NCBI GenBank assembly: GCA_030141605.1
Contig: JAQGDQ010000134.1
Span: 248,001 to 312,000 of the forward strand
Length of the DNA stretch: 64,000 nt
Direction: 5' to 3'
DNA from: Tubiluchus corallicola
Lineage: Eukaryota > Animalia > Priapulida
Under the pieces are notes generated by a model. That model was not told the origin of the DNA. It did not search any database and saw nothing but the letters and a program-made list of their open reading frames with translations. The translations under genes and the position numbers were made by a program. Shown piece after piece: positions 25,868 to 50,161 of this stretch; within the stretch, counting starts at the first letter, position 1, and each line of letters opens with the position of its first letter.

Positions 25868-25949
25868 GATGACATAGAGAGATTACACGAATTGAGTACT
25901 AACCAGGTAAACGGTCTTTGAGTATCTGCTCTTGTGAACGGCTACAGAG

Positions 25950-36150
<10,201 letters not shown>

Positions 36151-37783
36151 CATGCTAACCAAATAAATTTTTTGTTTATTAGGCCTAGTTCATGTCATTA
36201 CTTGTGTTTTTAATTAGGCCCACTAACCTACCTCGTTCTGGTTAACGTATATTAATGTTATTGTAACAAGTGATTGTTGTTGTATTAGAGTAGTTTTTGA
36301 TGTTTTGTTCTAGATAATTAATTAAGTTTGTTTTTCTACCGGTGCGCTATCTATGAAAAGCTATGGAAAACAGTTTGGAGCAATACTTCTTTAGCCGTTT
36401 CTTCTTATCTTAGGTTGCCAGGTTAGTTTTACTGCACAAAAATTGTTCGTTCTTTTTCACTTAAGACGAGAGCATTATGTACTTTGTATTCTAAATAGTT
36501 TCCAAGTTTCTAAGCTTATTTTTCCTTATTGTTTTTGTAAATGTTAATGTGACGTTTATGCAAGACTTGTTCTGTAATTGTGGTTTACATAAAAGTAATT
36601 TCAAATTATTTTTAACGTTACAACAAGCTTTATAGGCGTTATAAGCTGTTTATGATATTGAAAGTCGAAATGGATCCTATAAGTTACTCAGGCCTAGAGG
36701 ACTTAATTTATTTTTGCCCCACATTAGGCTGAAGTATATTACTGGGCTAAAGCTGCAACCAAAGCTCTTGTTGTATGTAAACGTACAGTCAGTGATTATT
36801 TACAATTATGATTCTGTTAACTTATTTAAGCAACCGTTTATTATTTGTGATAAATGCAAAGTTTGGGCACTAACTTATAAATCAAAGAAATGGTAATAAA
36901 CCCATGGTCAAATGAATGTAACGATTAGCACTAATCATCATCATCATCATCATCATCATCATTATCATCACCATCATCATGAAAATTGTCATCCATTATT
37001 CGAAACAACGCTTTCATGAATCTGTACGATGTTGTGTAATTGTACAGGTTTGAGGTACAGACGGAAATAAAAAATGTTATTTATTTGTTTTTAGATAAAC
37101 ATGCGTTCTTCTGTTTTTTGCTTACTGCCTTTACTGTAGTTCAGATACTGCAAGTTAGCTTACGTCCTCGGTATGGACGTAATACAATACTTCGAATGCA
37201 ATACCGGAATTAAAATTTTCCAGATTTTTTTGCATCACTCGCTTGCGAAAAACTTTATAAAGTCTTGCCATGATGCTCTCTATTCATTGTTCATGTAATA
37301 ACTTTTATATGTTGTCATACTAGAGTTATTCTCTGTATTCTAAATTCTACGAAAAAATTGATTCCACGACAACAGTAAATGGTGTTCATCAAATGACACA
37401 TTCACGAAAAAAGATTCCACGACCATTATAAGTTTAATAGTGTTCTAAATGGCATTTCCAATTTGACAGAAAAGCTCAATAAGCGAGTAATCCAGTTCTG
37501 GACTAGCTAAGTTGAAGGGACACAAAAATCAAAATCTATACACAAAACCTTGTTGCGCAAATTTGACTCTGATTACTCTACTGCTTTATGCACAAAGCTG
37601 TGGTTCTCTTTTACAAGCTTTTTCTTTATTGTCAAAATTCTCTCTACTATTAATTGAAATGTTAACTATGCGTTCATGTTTTAAAATTAAAATATTGACG
37701 GGAAGTTTAACAGAAAAAACATTTAACATACGTATGAGTAAATAGGCGTACAAAAATTTCCCAGAAACTTTAATAATTATACG

Positions 37784-38164
37784 CAGGGCCGGGCTAGTTT
37801 AGGCTGCAGCCTAGGGCCTCTCAAGCTTGGTGGGCCAAAGCTTGAGGAGACCTGATAAAAAAATTTCAATTTTCAAAAAAAAAATGCGCCTAATATTTTA
37901 ACATTTTGCATTGCAAAAAAATTCATTAAATTTAAAATAAAATTTCAGCTTTAAAATGGGAGGCCGGGAATCTAAAAACCCATTTTTAAAAAAGTAGCTC
38001 ATGTACCTGGTCACTTATTTGAAATAAAGGGCCGTTGTTTGAGGCCTTTTATTTAAGATAAGAGGCACCTATTTGAAGCCCTTTGTATGAGTTAGAGGGT
38101 CCCCATCTGAGGGGCCCATAATTCTATTAGCTTAGGGTCCCCAAAAGGTTATAATCCGGCCCTG
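37784..38164. mobile_element. hAT-like MITE
   Basis: Termini CAGGGCCGG...CCGGCCCTG (the inverted repeat extends to TATACG/CGTATA), with internal GGGCCC-type subterminal motifs; the 8-bp flanks match only 5/8. Confidence 0.6.
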
Positions 38165-39276
38165 CGTATAGGTAAGGTATTCTAATACTCACTAAATACA
38201 CAAAGTTGTACATTACTGTTACTGCATAAATTACACACAGCTCTTAAGCGTTTAATATGAATCTCCGCGAAGAAGAAAAGTTGCCCATTTGTGGCCTTGT
38301 GCACCCTGCCTCCCATTACAGGGGACTGACGGAAACAGTTCTTCTACGCATTGCAAGAAAATAATTATTCATTACGACCAAGTCCATTTTATTTACTTCT
38401 CCAGTAATTAAGAATGACCGACAAGTGATGAGGAGTCGTGTTCCATTGTTAGATAATGTAATGATTCTTGACCCACCACGTCACAGAAAATTGCGCATGG
38501 AAAGTTCTCATTCCCTGTTGTGACTTTAATGGATTGTGGCTGCTTTAAGGCGGTTCGTCAGTTAACTACACAGTCAAAATTTACTAGTTTTAATTGATGA
38601 AGATTACGATACATATTATGTACGATTTTAGTTAAACGACTTTAGTTTAATGCATGCGAAAGTAAGCCACAGAGCCAGGAACATGGGGGGGGGGGCATTT
38701 GACCCTGGCCTTGCATTCTCTACGACGAAAAGATGTACGTGCGGTTCGTATGCTAACGTTCGTGTGCCAACTTGGCCTGGCCTTACATCCAGCTTAGAAC
38801 AACCCTGTGTCAATGGTACAAACGTTTTTATTTGATAATTCACTTGATGATTTAGTAATTTTGGTAATTTATTTATTGGTAACTACACTACACGCTTTTT
38901 TTGTATTAACCGGTGTCACCGTGGCTTAAGACTTTGGATCCATATAACGCTTTGTATATCCTGCGAGTTATCACAAAAAACACTTTAAACCCTACTTATG
39001 CCTAAAAATTCAATAAATTCGTAGAAGGAAAGTTACCCCAACATTCCTGCATTTACAAACTCAATAAAGAATGGACTAGTTGGTTTAGACAGATTATACA
39101 CAAGCAAGTTATTAGTAAAGTATTGTTTTAGATAAACGAAAACTGTGGCCACGCTCGCGTGATTAACTCACTACAAACACTTTTCGAAAAGGTACCTACA
39201 AATTTCCTCCTCCTTTCTTCTTCAAAGTTTCATTTCACCTGTTGTACGCATTGAGGTATCAACATTTGTCAGAGTA

Positions 39277-39463
39277 TTCCACCCACTTCTATCTGCAGCT
39301 AACAGCGTAAGTTCTTCTACTCCTAAAATAGATTTGGTTGAAATTATTGAACATCTTTATTTATTTTAGCTACCCAAGTTGTCTTAGGTTTGCCAGGTGG
39401 TTTTTTGCAAGGTTTTAAGGCGATTCGTACTAGCGCTTCATTTGGTAATCTTAGAAGATGTCC
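39277..39463 (-). mobile_element. RTE-clade LINE 3' coding fragment
   Basis: GHLLRLPNEALVRIALKPCKKPPGKPKTTWVAKINKD...LAADRSGW matches the RTE C-terminal GH..R...GRP...W...I..D...A.DR..W pattern; disrupted. Confidence 0.65.
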
Positions 39464-40933
39464 TTGCTGAATGAAAACACTTGCTGACGTCATTAGCCTC
39501 CATTGCGAGTGAGTTAAAAGAAAATAGCATTAACCTACATGAAAAGTAGAATTGTCAAGGTATCAAGTAAATGAAAATATGTGAATCAGGAGCAGAACGA
39601 AATAATACTTTAATACAGACCTACTTCCCCCTGATAAAATGAAAATCTGGACAAGAATGCCTGTTCTTATTCTTCAGGGGTTGTTACGCCAAACAACAAA
39701 CGTTGGCTTCACCTTCTTCAAAACTATTGATAAGAAGCCCACTCAACTCACATACTGCTGACTGACAAGTAATGACCATTCGCTAAGTAAAAATGGTCAT
39801 AAATTCTTATCACTATAATGCACTGTTGAAGTATGTACGTACTTTGTTCTTTATGATGGCCTTTCGGTTGAAAACGTGTAAAACAGTGGAAAGTAGGTAA
39901 GGCACGTTTTACAAACACAGTCTCGTACTCATCTTCCGCGCAGAGTTGCAATTATTTGGATGTATTGACGTTTTTGTCTATTTTTCTACGCCAGTGTGGG
40001 TGTTTATTGCCTGCCAGTCTATTTAGTTCAACCAATTATTTTAGACGTCGACGGTGAAACAAAACGAGTTAACATCAACTGTATTACATCCTAAAATTCA
40101 AAATCCAACCTACATTGTCATTTTCTCGTAATCTCAAAAATATGAAAAGTAGCCGTAATAATATAATAATTTTTCTAGGAATTGTGAATATTTGTGGTCA
40201 GAGGTCTTTTATTTTCCGCCCAATGCCATCACTAACGTGAAGCCGAAGTGAATGAAAAACTGGGGAACGCAAATAGTCACATTTTGTATAGGAAAACTAG
40301 TATTATGAGCAGAGTTATCATACATTGTTTGTGAAAGATACTCTAAATACGATCGAGTGCAAACAGTTTGAATTCTTGAACAGAAATGAGCTTATCTTAT
40401 ACTAGATTGGATATGTCAAAATTGACTAAAGTAATGTAATTTTTATTGTAGTCCTTGACCAACTACTACATTATTTATTGACCCTTTTTTGTAAATTGTT
40501 ATAATGTATAAATATTCTTGTTTTTCTATGCTACTAAAAATTGAAAATTGTACTGCAATTCGAAATAAATAATGATAATAATTACTATTATTACTAATAC
40601 TAATTTAATTGAAACAGGACAGGTTTCTTATTTGGAAGGAGTTTGCAATTCCCCACACAATTTAAATACCCTCACCCTAACCCTAATCCCAGCCCTAACC
40701 TTAACCCAACCCTAACTCTGATCCCAATCCGCTTTACGAACTAATTTTATGAGGAATTGTAAACTTTGGCCCCCTTTTGGAAAATGTTTCTCGTTCTCTC
40801 TCCTTATATGTTATCATATTTTACGGTGTGCCAGAACTAGCAAGTTTGCAATATTCATGAGCTTTTTCTGCAAATTAATGAAAACAATATATATATATAT
40901 CATATAAAAGACTTATAATAATAATTACTATAT

Positions 40934-43088
40934 ACTACTATACTACAGGACGTGCACGCTGAAATCTCTGATTCGGCTAGCGGAGGCGATCAATACTTGC
41001 ATGAACGTAATCTATAAATAGTGCGCTTTAGAGAGTAGCGATCTTGGAAATTAAAGAATGGGCGGATCGGTAGATAGCGAGTATTATTTTTCATTTAATT
41101 GGTTCTTTACATTACGGGAGAAAAGTACCAATTGTTTATTTTATGTATCAAAGGAAATTAGTGTTCATTTTTACTTCTTAAATAGCGCACTACTTTAGGC
41201 GTAAGTGCGTCTTACCGGAAGTAGTGCTTTGTCATTGTTAATGTGTCTGCTTGTGTTTGTTTCTTTGTGGATTATTTTCAAAATTTCTGGTGGATTTTAT
41301 ACATCTGTGCTCAGCAGCATGCCTAACAAGTGTGGTGTTGTTAAATGCAAAGGTAACTATGACACGGAAAACAAGTGTCGTGTGTTCAGACTGCCAACAG
41401 ATCATGTAGAAAAACAGAAATGGCTAAGTGTTCTTCCCCCCACGCGAAGGCTTTGTTGTTGATCCAACGAAATTTTTCATTTGCGAAAAGCATTGGCCAT
41501 CGGATACTCAAATGGTCAAAATTCCAGGTGATCACACCAGGCCAGTGGATCCACCCAGTATTTTCAACGTTCCAACATCATGCTTGCCCACTCCAAAGCC
41601 ACCACCTCGCCCTCCAAAAACTGAGGACCAGCAGCTGAATTATTTCTTTAAAAAGGATAAAATAACTTCTCTCAATGAATTCACTCCTGAGAAAGACCTG
41701 CATAAGACGTATCAGAACCTCATTATATCTCGCACACAAGACAAATTTGTGTGCATGTTCATGGAAGAGGACCACAGTCAATGTTATATGTCAATTATTG
41801 TTCACAGTAAGCCTACCTTGTGTTCCCCTCTTACTCTGTATGCTTTCAAAAACGGGATCAGTGTGCCATTAAGTAAAATCCTCAGTCCGAACAATGGGCT
41901 GTCCTCTTACTCACAATTTTTCGCGGTTGTGAATTCTGTTGTCAACCACATTCATCATGTTGATGATATTGTCAACAAAGTGACAAAGTCTCTTGAACTT
42001 GAACTAGCTCAAAATCGAGAACAATCTCCTAGTGTTAATGCTAAAGCCAAGAAGCTCAAATTTCTAACACCAGCTTCGACTATTATGTGATAAGACTTTC
42101 ACAGTGTCTGATTATTGCTTTGCAATAGAGTCATTTCCCCATTGCAATTACGAACGGCGCGTTTCTCTGCATCATTCCTGGAGTTTGTGGACACAGACAC
42201 ATCATCCGAAAGCCAGTTGCACACATGCAATGGGATTGATTTCGAGGATGCCAAAATTATGGAGATTTGTGTTGACGAGACTCTTTCTAAAACTGAACTG
42301 AACGCGTGTGCATATGTCGCAGGTTGGTTGGAGAGTAAGTGCCAAAATGACATTTCTTTTCCCGAGGATGAACCTCTCCTTTCTGAGGAAATGAAAATGT
42401 TCATTGAAGAAGTGTCTAGGGGAGGTCTTACAGTGCCCCACACATTCACGTTCGAATTCGTAACAACTGGCTTGTGTTTTGTGAAGAAGTCAACTCACAC
42501 AGTCTGCTGCCGCAACAAGCTCATGAACATCCTCTCCATAATCAATGCCTACTTTGATTTTGGCGAATTTTCAAGAAATGCTCTGAGACGCCTGGCGAAT
42601 GTACTGCTGCATGGACTACACAATTTGGAGAAGGATCACCAGCAGAACTCAGCCCTTTACCAGACCTCCATTAAGAAGGCGCGCCTAGCCGACTAATTGT
42701 CGCAAACATCTCTGCAAAATGGTGAGTGCAATAATTTCATGTATTCTAATTTACACAGAGGAACCTATGAATGAGTTTATATAGTCCTGACAAAATGGTG
42801 CAGTCTGTTTATTGCAACTCTCTTATTCTCTATAGAAAGTGACAGGTAATCTTCGGGACACAATGAGTTGCAGATATGGTGTGTTTTTTTTGGGGGGGGG
42901 GATATCATAGGTACCACTGTTTTTAAATTACTAGATGAATGAGGAATATGTTCTATGTGTATTGTGGCATGCTATAGGTCACCATGGGGGGTAAATATGT
43001 CCAAATTATTAGCACTAAATGTTAAAAATAGATCGCCTCCGCTAGCCGAATCAGAGATTTCAGCGTGCACGTCCTGTAGTATAGTAGT
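40934..43088 (+). mobile_element. Internally deleted THAP-domain P-superfamily (THAP9-like) DNA transposon with perfect 58-bp TIRs
   Basis: 40934-40991 is the exact reverse complement of 43031-43088; the interior encodes a THAP zinc finger and a P-transposase-like C-terminus. Confidence 0.85.
41319..42696 (+). pseudogene. Truncated, frameshifted P-type transposase: THAP domain + linker + C-terminal region, catalytic core deleted
   Basis: MPNKCGVVKC...FRLP...KWL...ICEKHW...PPSIF is a THAP C2CH domain. Frameshifts at the C-run 41436-41441 and at ~42070. After KLKFL..QLRLL...DYCFA...NYER there is a junction at ~42157 to the C-terminal YVAGWL...SRGGLTVP...LRRLANVLL. Confidence 0.8.
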
Positions 43089-43349
43089 CCTTGGTACAGC
43101 CGCTTATCATACAAGTACAAACAGTATGTACAAGTGTTACACTCTATTTGTAGTGTAAAAGTAGTTAACATTAAATACAATCTAACCATTAGATAAATAT
43201 GCATATATAAGTTAATACCACAATTTTATCTATCAATTTATCTAACAATATCTATATTTGCATAACAATTTGGCATTCCTATTTTGACAAAATAATTTAT
43301 AAAGTTTCTTACATTAAACTAGCCAGAAAATCGTCCTTTGCTAAAATTG

Positions 43350-43640
43350 ATAAATGCTTTTAAAACGTCTGTATTGCGTTCGCCTATGAGTTATATTTAA
43401 TGTTGGTAATTTATCTGTTAAGGCATTTCTTCTGGTTGTATCGACTAGATGGCATTCACAGAATAAATGATGCGGAGTTTGCCTACCATTTATACACTCG
43501 CATATGCCAGTATCTGCATATCCAATATATATAGCGTAAGAAAGCGTAAACATGAATTTGGAAATTGGATGTGTATTGCTACATACGTAAATTTGTTGCC
43601 ATTGTTCGACTAAACTGCAGTGACCAACACATGGTCTACT
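43350..43640 (-). mobile_element. LINE 3' fragment with CCHC zinc knuckle
   Basis: GICECINGRQTPHHLFCECHLVDTTR matches the C.C....ET..H....C......R C-terminal motif of non-LTR ORF2 proteins. Confidence 0.5.
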
Positions 43641-44376
43641 CATTTAGTTGCGTAACGGGAAATTGCGTGATAATTTTGAAAAAATTACATTCTCTCTAGG
43701 GCACGCTTATTTTTAGGGCAAGTAATCGTACTTCTACCTGCAACTGCTTTATTGTTATAAGCGGCTGTAATTTATAGTCACATTAAAGTAATTGGAAAGT
43801 AATTGTTGCTTTTATCGTAAAGAATCCCGTGCGCATAGCTCATACTTTACGCTTTTATAAACAACTTTGAAACTCACTCGACACTCTAGGAGTAATTTAG
43901 GATTAAACTAAAACTCAACTGAAACTAAAAAAATTATTTTACTTCTACTTTGTGAAAATCCGGCAAAAATTTCGATATTTTTTCATTCATTTTGAAACCT
44001 AATGGTGCGTTTTAGTTCTATTAATTAATAAAATTGCCACGTGACCTATCAATTGTTCTTGTTGTTGTCAGGATAAAAGTATCTGATTCACCTTCAGTTT
44101 AAGTTGTAACTTATAAGTAGTTTTCTTTCGTCTATGCGCTTCTGCGTATAAATGTGTGTAGAGCCGTCACAGAAGTCAACTCTCGCAGTGAGTGGGATGA
44201 ATGGATGATGTGCAGTTGGGCACCCACTCTCGCGTGGATCATAGACCACCTCTACAGAGGCGGAAGTAACCTTGACGATCTTCGCTGATGCTTGGACTAG
44301 CAATTAGTACTTCTAAATTACTAATGATTGAAGACGGTGCAAAGACAACTTAAAAGCTTTAAATAAAAAAGCAGAG

Positions 44377-44936
44377 ATGTTGTATGTGCAGATGATACCA
44401 ACGATGATTAGACTGGTGCTGATGAGCTTTTTGCTTTTTCTAGTGTTGACTTGTGTTAGCAGTTTACCTGTCTCTTATCCAGTATTAGTTGTTTCCCAGT
44501 GGCAAGGTAAGTGCAGTGAACTACAGTAGAGTATAAGTGGTTCAGTAATATGACTGCATTAGAAGCGAAGTCATTATTTGCACAATTCTTTGCATGTATC
44601 TGTAGACAAAAGGCAGCGCCACATGGCTGGCCGCAAAGTAAAGTGACATCGATCCTGGGTAAAAATGGATGGGTGGCCCGCTAACAAAAACTTGCACTCG
44701 ACGCTTTCATTTGCCGTTCAACGCTGAATATTTTTCTTGTTGACTGAGATTAATATGTATCGAACCTTGGTTAGGATACCTCTGCCAGTTGTGTCTCATT
44801 TCAAAATACTATCCTCAGTAATTAATTCGGTTCCGATCTTGCCATAAATAACAGAATCAGTAAACGCTGCTTTACCTGTTGGATACATTGCTTGCAGTAT
44901 TCATGAAAATATGAACCTCGTGTTTGAAATAAAATA

Positions 44937-45027
<91 letters not shown>

Positions 45028-45032
45028 GACTT

Positions 45033-45066
<34 letters not shown>

Positions 45067-48000
45067 TGACTGACTGACTGACTGACTGACTGACTGACTG
45101 ACTGACTGACTGACTGACTTACTTACTTACTTACTTACTGACTTACTGACTTACTTACTTAAAAAAGGAGTTTCACTCCTTTTCGGCGATCATATGTGTT
45201 TATTTAAGTCGTTTTATAAGTGTTTCGGCTCTAATCTAATGTTTAGGAACTAATTTAGCTCTAATGTTTAGGTGCCTTATTCAACTCGGGCTTATTGTTT
45301 GAACTTGAAATGAAGCCCGCGTCTGTAAATGGATGGGTGATAAACGAGAATGAAACGGCTTTAACTTTGTAGACATGTTTGTTTTCTGCATTCTAACAAC
45401 AATAACACAGGCGAGCTCAAGAGATAAAGTGAATTGTAAAATGATTTTTTATTAAAATGTTTTATGATATTTCCAACGAATATATTATGAAAATTTCGTG
45501 AAAAAATGAAATAAAACAAAATCATTTTACCTCCTCCCTTTTACTTTATCCTGTTCACTTTGTCTCTTGAGTCGTATACCTTATCGTTGTTAAAATGCTT
45601 TGAAGTTCAGAAACTCAAATTTTAAAACTTAAGATCAAATATCTTAGCTCCTAGAACTCAGAGATCTTTAGATATTAGGACCCAAACATCTTTAGATTCC
45701 AGAAGTCAGATATCTTCACTGAATGAAAACGCATTTTTGAACAAAGCAATATTCTGAGTCAAACCATGAATGAACGAGTGAACTATGCAGGAATGAATGA
45801 ACTAAATATAGGCGCGCAAAGTTTTTACAATGACTGCATAATTGTGCACTTTCCCTCTAGGGAGAGTTTCTCGCGCGTCATCAAAATCATTCCGAATACT
45901 AAGCGAGCTTTATGAGGGAAAAATCAGCTAGTTCTGTGTAGATCATTCCTGCGGGACGCGTGGGAAGATGTATACAGTCAAGTGCACTATAGAGAACGAC
46001 GCACATTTTACAGCGATAACAAAAATGTTTCCAAAAAATATCAAAGCGAAACAGTAACAGAATGAAAGTGCTTTTGATGGGATGTATAAAAGATAAAAGC
46101 AGCATTAATTAAAACAAAAAATTACGAACGACACTTTCACTCATACACTGTTGAGAAACGATTACATAATAGAAGGATTACACATAAAAATTTACACTCG
46201 AAAGGTGAGGTCTTTACTACGGTGCATAGCTATTGAGTAGGGAACAATTATTGCTGATAATCTGAGCTTAGAGCGGCAGACAGTGACGAAATCCCTGCGT
46301 TGCAAATAGGAAACCAGTAACTGAAGCCAGATAATATGATAACAAACCAGATATGAACCTACAAAAAGCCCTTGGGTACTGTAAATTTTCGTTAGAAGTC
46401 TGAGTGCTTCAGTTTTATACTACATATTTCAGCTCCCGTCCAACGGGTTTTGTAGCTCCACAAAATGGAAAACTTTGATCATTAACATTGATCATTAATT
46501 GGTAAGTAGCACTTCTTAATAGCCTCGTAGTGGTAAAATAAAATATTCCTTATTTCTTTCTTTCTAATCACTCTCCATTTTTGGCTTTTTGTTCGAGTCT
46601 TGCGGCTGTGTGTAGCAGCTTAACGTTGTCTGATTGATCGTATACTTCTAGATGTAAAATTTCTTTACTGAGTAACAAGAATTCAATAAGATGCAGTAGC
46701 TTGGCCTCTATTTCATTCGTTTTGACCCGTCTCTTCATCTCAAAATGCCATCATTTGCATATTTTTGGAATATCCAGTGGGCCATTTTCAACATCTTAAA
46801 ATTTTGTTCGGGCCAAAAAGTTGGTTTTGTTTGTCAAGTCCTTGTGAGAGAAATGACTGATTTTTAGCACTTGGGCTTATTAGCAATTAATCAATTAGCA
46901 TTTAATTTTGCAGTTTGTAAAAAAAATACCGATGCGTTTGACGCACATATGGCGTCGTCAAGTATGACGTCAGACCTTTTGCTCCGAGACACGTGAATAA
47001 ACCAACTCGTGAGATACCATTTCCCGAGCGTCTTCTCCCGACTTTTAAGCTTCAATAAGTGTAGGGTAATTACATAATAAGATATCTACTACATTTGTAT
47101 TCTACTCTCCTGTCTCCAGCGGTATCAAGATGACGTCAGAATCATTTGCGTAGGACGTTACCTTCTTCCCCTAGCCATTTGTTTGTAAGGCGATTATGCT
47201 AAATATCACTGCATAATGACTACAGGTCACTTAATCCAAATGATATTTATAAGCGTCTACAGAGACTGTTGAAGTCGTGGATAATAAACATCGTTCACGT
47301 GCTGGGTGATTCTTTAATAGGTCAGATAGTCGCGTAATCAGTGTGACGCATCTTCGAAAAGGGCGACCGTGGCACCATCTATGATAGTTACTAAGTTGCT
47401 ATACATTATACTTAGCAAGAAAACTGCCATAACTGGAACCATTTCTGCAGACATGTCAGTAGAACAGATGTTAGTAGACGGTGTTGGTAGGTGTCTTTTT
47501 TTACAAAAAAGGTCTCTTAGTAAAATAACAAGGTGTATTTGCTTAAAATTTCTTCATTTCCAACTTGCAGACTAGATCGCAAACTGTGAAATAAAAACAA
47601 TTACACAGACAGAAATAGACTTAAAACTACTCCAATGGGCAACAACAAGAGCAGCAGCAGCAACAGCGCCAGCAGCAGTAGCAGTAGTCATACATGCAAA
47701 AGCGTTATTCTTACGTTTTCTGTACTAACAAGTCACATCATGCTTTTGAGGAGAACATCAATGGATTAACATAATATTCAATGGCAATCTGTAAAGCGCC
47801 CACGTGTTCTTATCCAGTTTCTATATAAAATATTGGCTGTAAGTTGCTACTACTCTTCGAAATTAATGGTGGCCTATGCAGGTGAATAATGCTGGTATGC
47901 AGATTAAATAAAATTAAAACGCGGTTTTACATTAAATACCCCAATTAACTGGGAGCAATGAAGAGTGCACAGTCACCGTAGTCACTACTTCAGTAACGGA

Positions 48001-50122
48001 AGCAAATCGTGAAACCCAGAAACAGCAAATGCATACTACTCTTAGTGGTTAGAATTTGCGGCACCGTATTACTTATTAGCTAGGTTTTAGCTTAGTCTTG
48101 TTATGTGAAAGAAGCTTTTTATAGACATGTTCTCTATTTTCTGCATGTGGCGTTGTCATGCCTGCTCTAGACTTTCGCGTCTCAATCCTCACTTTGTAGT
48201 TGGATCACTTTGTTCTTGGATTAACTGGATTTTTTATTATTCTTTGCTTTTACTTGTATGTTGTTGACGTTTTTACACATTTTACACATATTCAGAACGC
48301 GTTATTTTGACGTGTTCAGAACGAATTATTGTAGTACTTTATCGCTGGGCTATTGAAATTATAACGTCTTCCATAACGGTTGATTCTGTACAGACAAAGA
48401 TACGTCAAAACTCAAAATGTCAGGGGTCGAATAAAACTATGTCCTGGGTTCGGTAGCCAAGTGGTCCAGACTCAGATTCCAGATACCCTTAGTGGGTGCA
48501 GTCTTGGATTCGAGACCGACAACTCATATTCTCTAGTCTCTACATGTTATTCGTTACGTGCTGCGTCCTTACTGTATTGTTGCTAAACACCCGGCTATTT
48601 AGCGACAATGCAGTAAGGATGCAGTAATTAACGAATAACATGTAGAGACTAAAGAATGTGAGTTGCCGGTCTCGAATATGGTCTGTTAACTTCATTGTTC
48701 TCTATTTCTACGTTATAATGAAAATGTTATACTGTTATAGTGTTATACATAAAATGGACTGTTAGAAGAATAAAATTAGTAAGTTCAAATAATTAAAATG
48801 CGCTCCTATTTTTTTACATACTTATAGTTACTTCATCATTAATCACATGCTAAGTTACATTGTTATTTTATTATCAGGTCATACAAGTATCGTGTGAACT
48901 ACTGTTGTTACAAGATTAAGATATTCTGCCACCTTAAAGCCACAGCTCTTACTATTATTAAAAGGAAAAACAGAGGCAGGTGATGACTGTCGAGATAATA
49001 AGGGCTGGATTTCTGCATAAAGAGGCATCCTGCTCTGATGATTCGCTGGTCGCCTAGCAGCAAAATGACCTACAGAATAAGCTACTGCATTACGCTAGAA
49101 ATCACAAAATTCATCATTACGTAATTGCATTCTCTCCCCCATTTTTTTATTATTTGGAAAGGATATTTCGAGTCCTAAATAAAGTATTGTCACACTTTCA
49201 TTAATAGAAAATTAAAGAGTCTATGGTACTCAAAAGCTAATTTTCAAGAGGGTTTGGCCTTAAAACGCGAATTCGGACAAAATTTTGGATGTGCTACCTT
49301 CAGCGGCGCATCCACAATTATTTACGTTACAAAAATTACTTCAAAAACGCTGTGAGGACTCCAGATGATGTCACATAAATGTATGGAACTCAAGAAAGTG
49401 AAGCTAAATACATGCAGATGTCCATGATAAATTTAACCTACAACTCCGTAAAGCCCAAAACTCAGTATTTTTGTGCATCATTCGAGCACTCATCCCATTT
49501 GTGATTCATGGTTTATTTCCTTAAGGAACCATAACTTCGCAAGAATTCAAGTAAAAGCGCTTTAAAATGTCAGTCTATACATACCAAAGCACACAAGTGC
49601 GCAATTGGAGAGCTATACGTGAGTGGAAACGCTTGAGTGTTAAGTGCTCGTGGAAATTCACTTTTAGTACATTTATAATCTGTCAAATGATGCTGATTAG
49701 TTTGTTTCATTGAGTGATTAAACTTAGTAGCTCTTATTTCCTAAATATGAAGTATTTTGCAGTACACTGCTAGAAGGCAAAAATTAAATTACAAATTACT
49801 AGTAGTGGCACTTAAATACTTATATTAAACTCAAATTGTACAATTAAAAAGCAGTCGCAATTGCAAGAGGACCTCAACAGTGAAGCCCTATCCGGAATTA
49901 CCATTTGTTAAATACATCGAGTGGTATAGCCCAATGGTAGCATGCTCGCTTACCACACGGGAGGTTGCGCGTTCAACTCCCGACCTAGTCATGCCAAACA
50001 CTTAAAAATGATACTGCTGGTTACTTTATCGAAGCAACTTGCAGGTAATAATAACTGGGACCACCTTGGAAATAAGCACTGAGTTACTTAATGTGTTATC
50101 CTGGGACTATGTCCAAATGCAA

Positions 50123-50161
<39 letters not shown>

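Noticed and set aside
40668-40720. Interstitial telomere (CCCTAA)n
   Set aside because: Short, degenerate and flanked by small inverted motifs, typical of the interior of a dispersed repeat.
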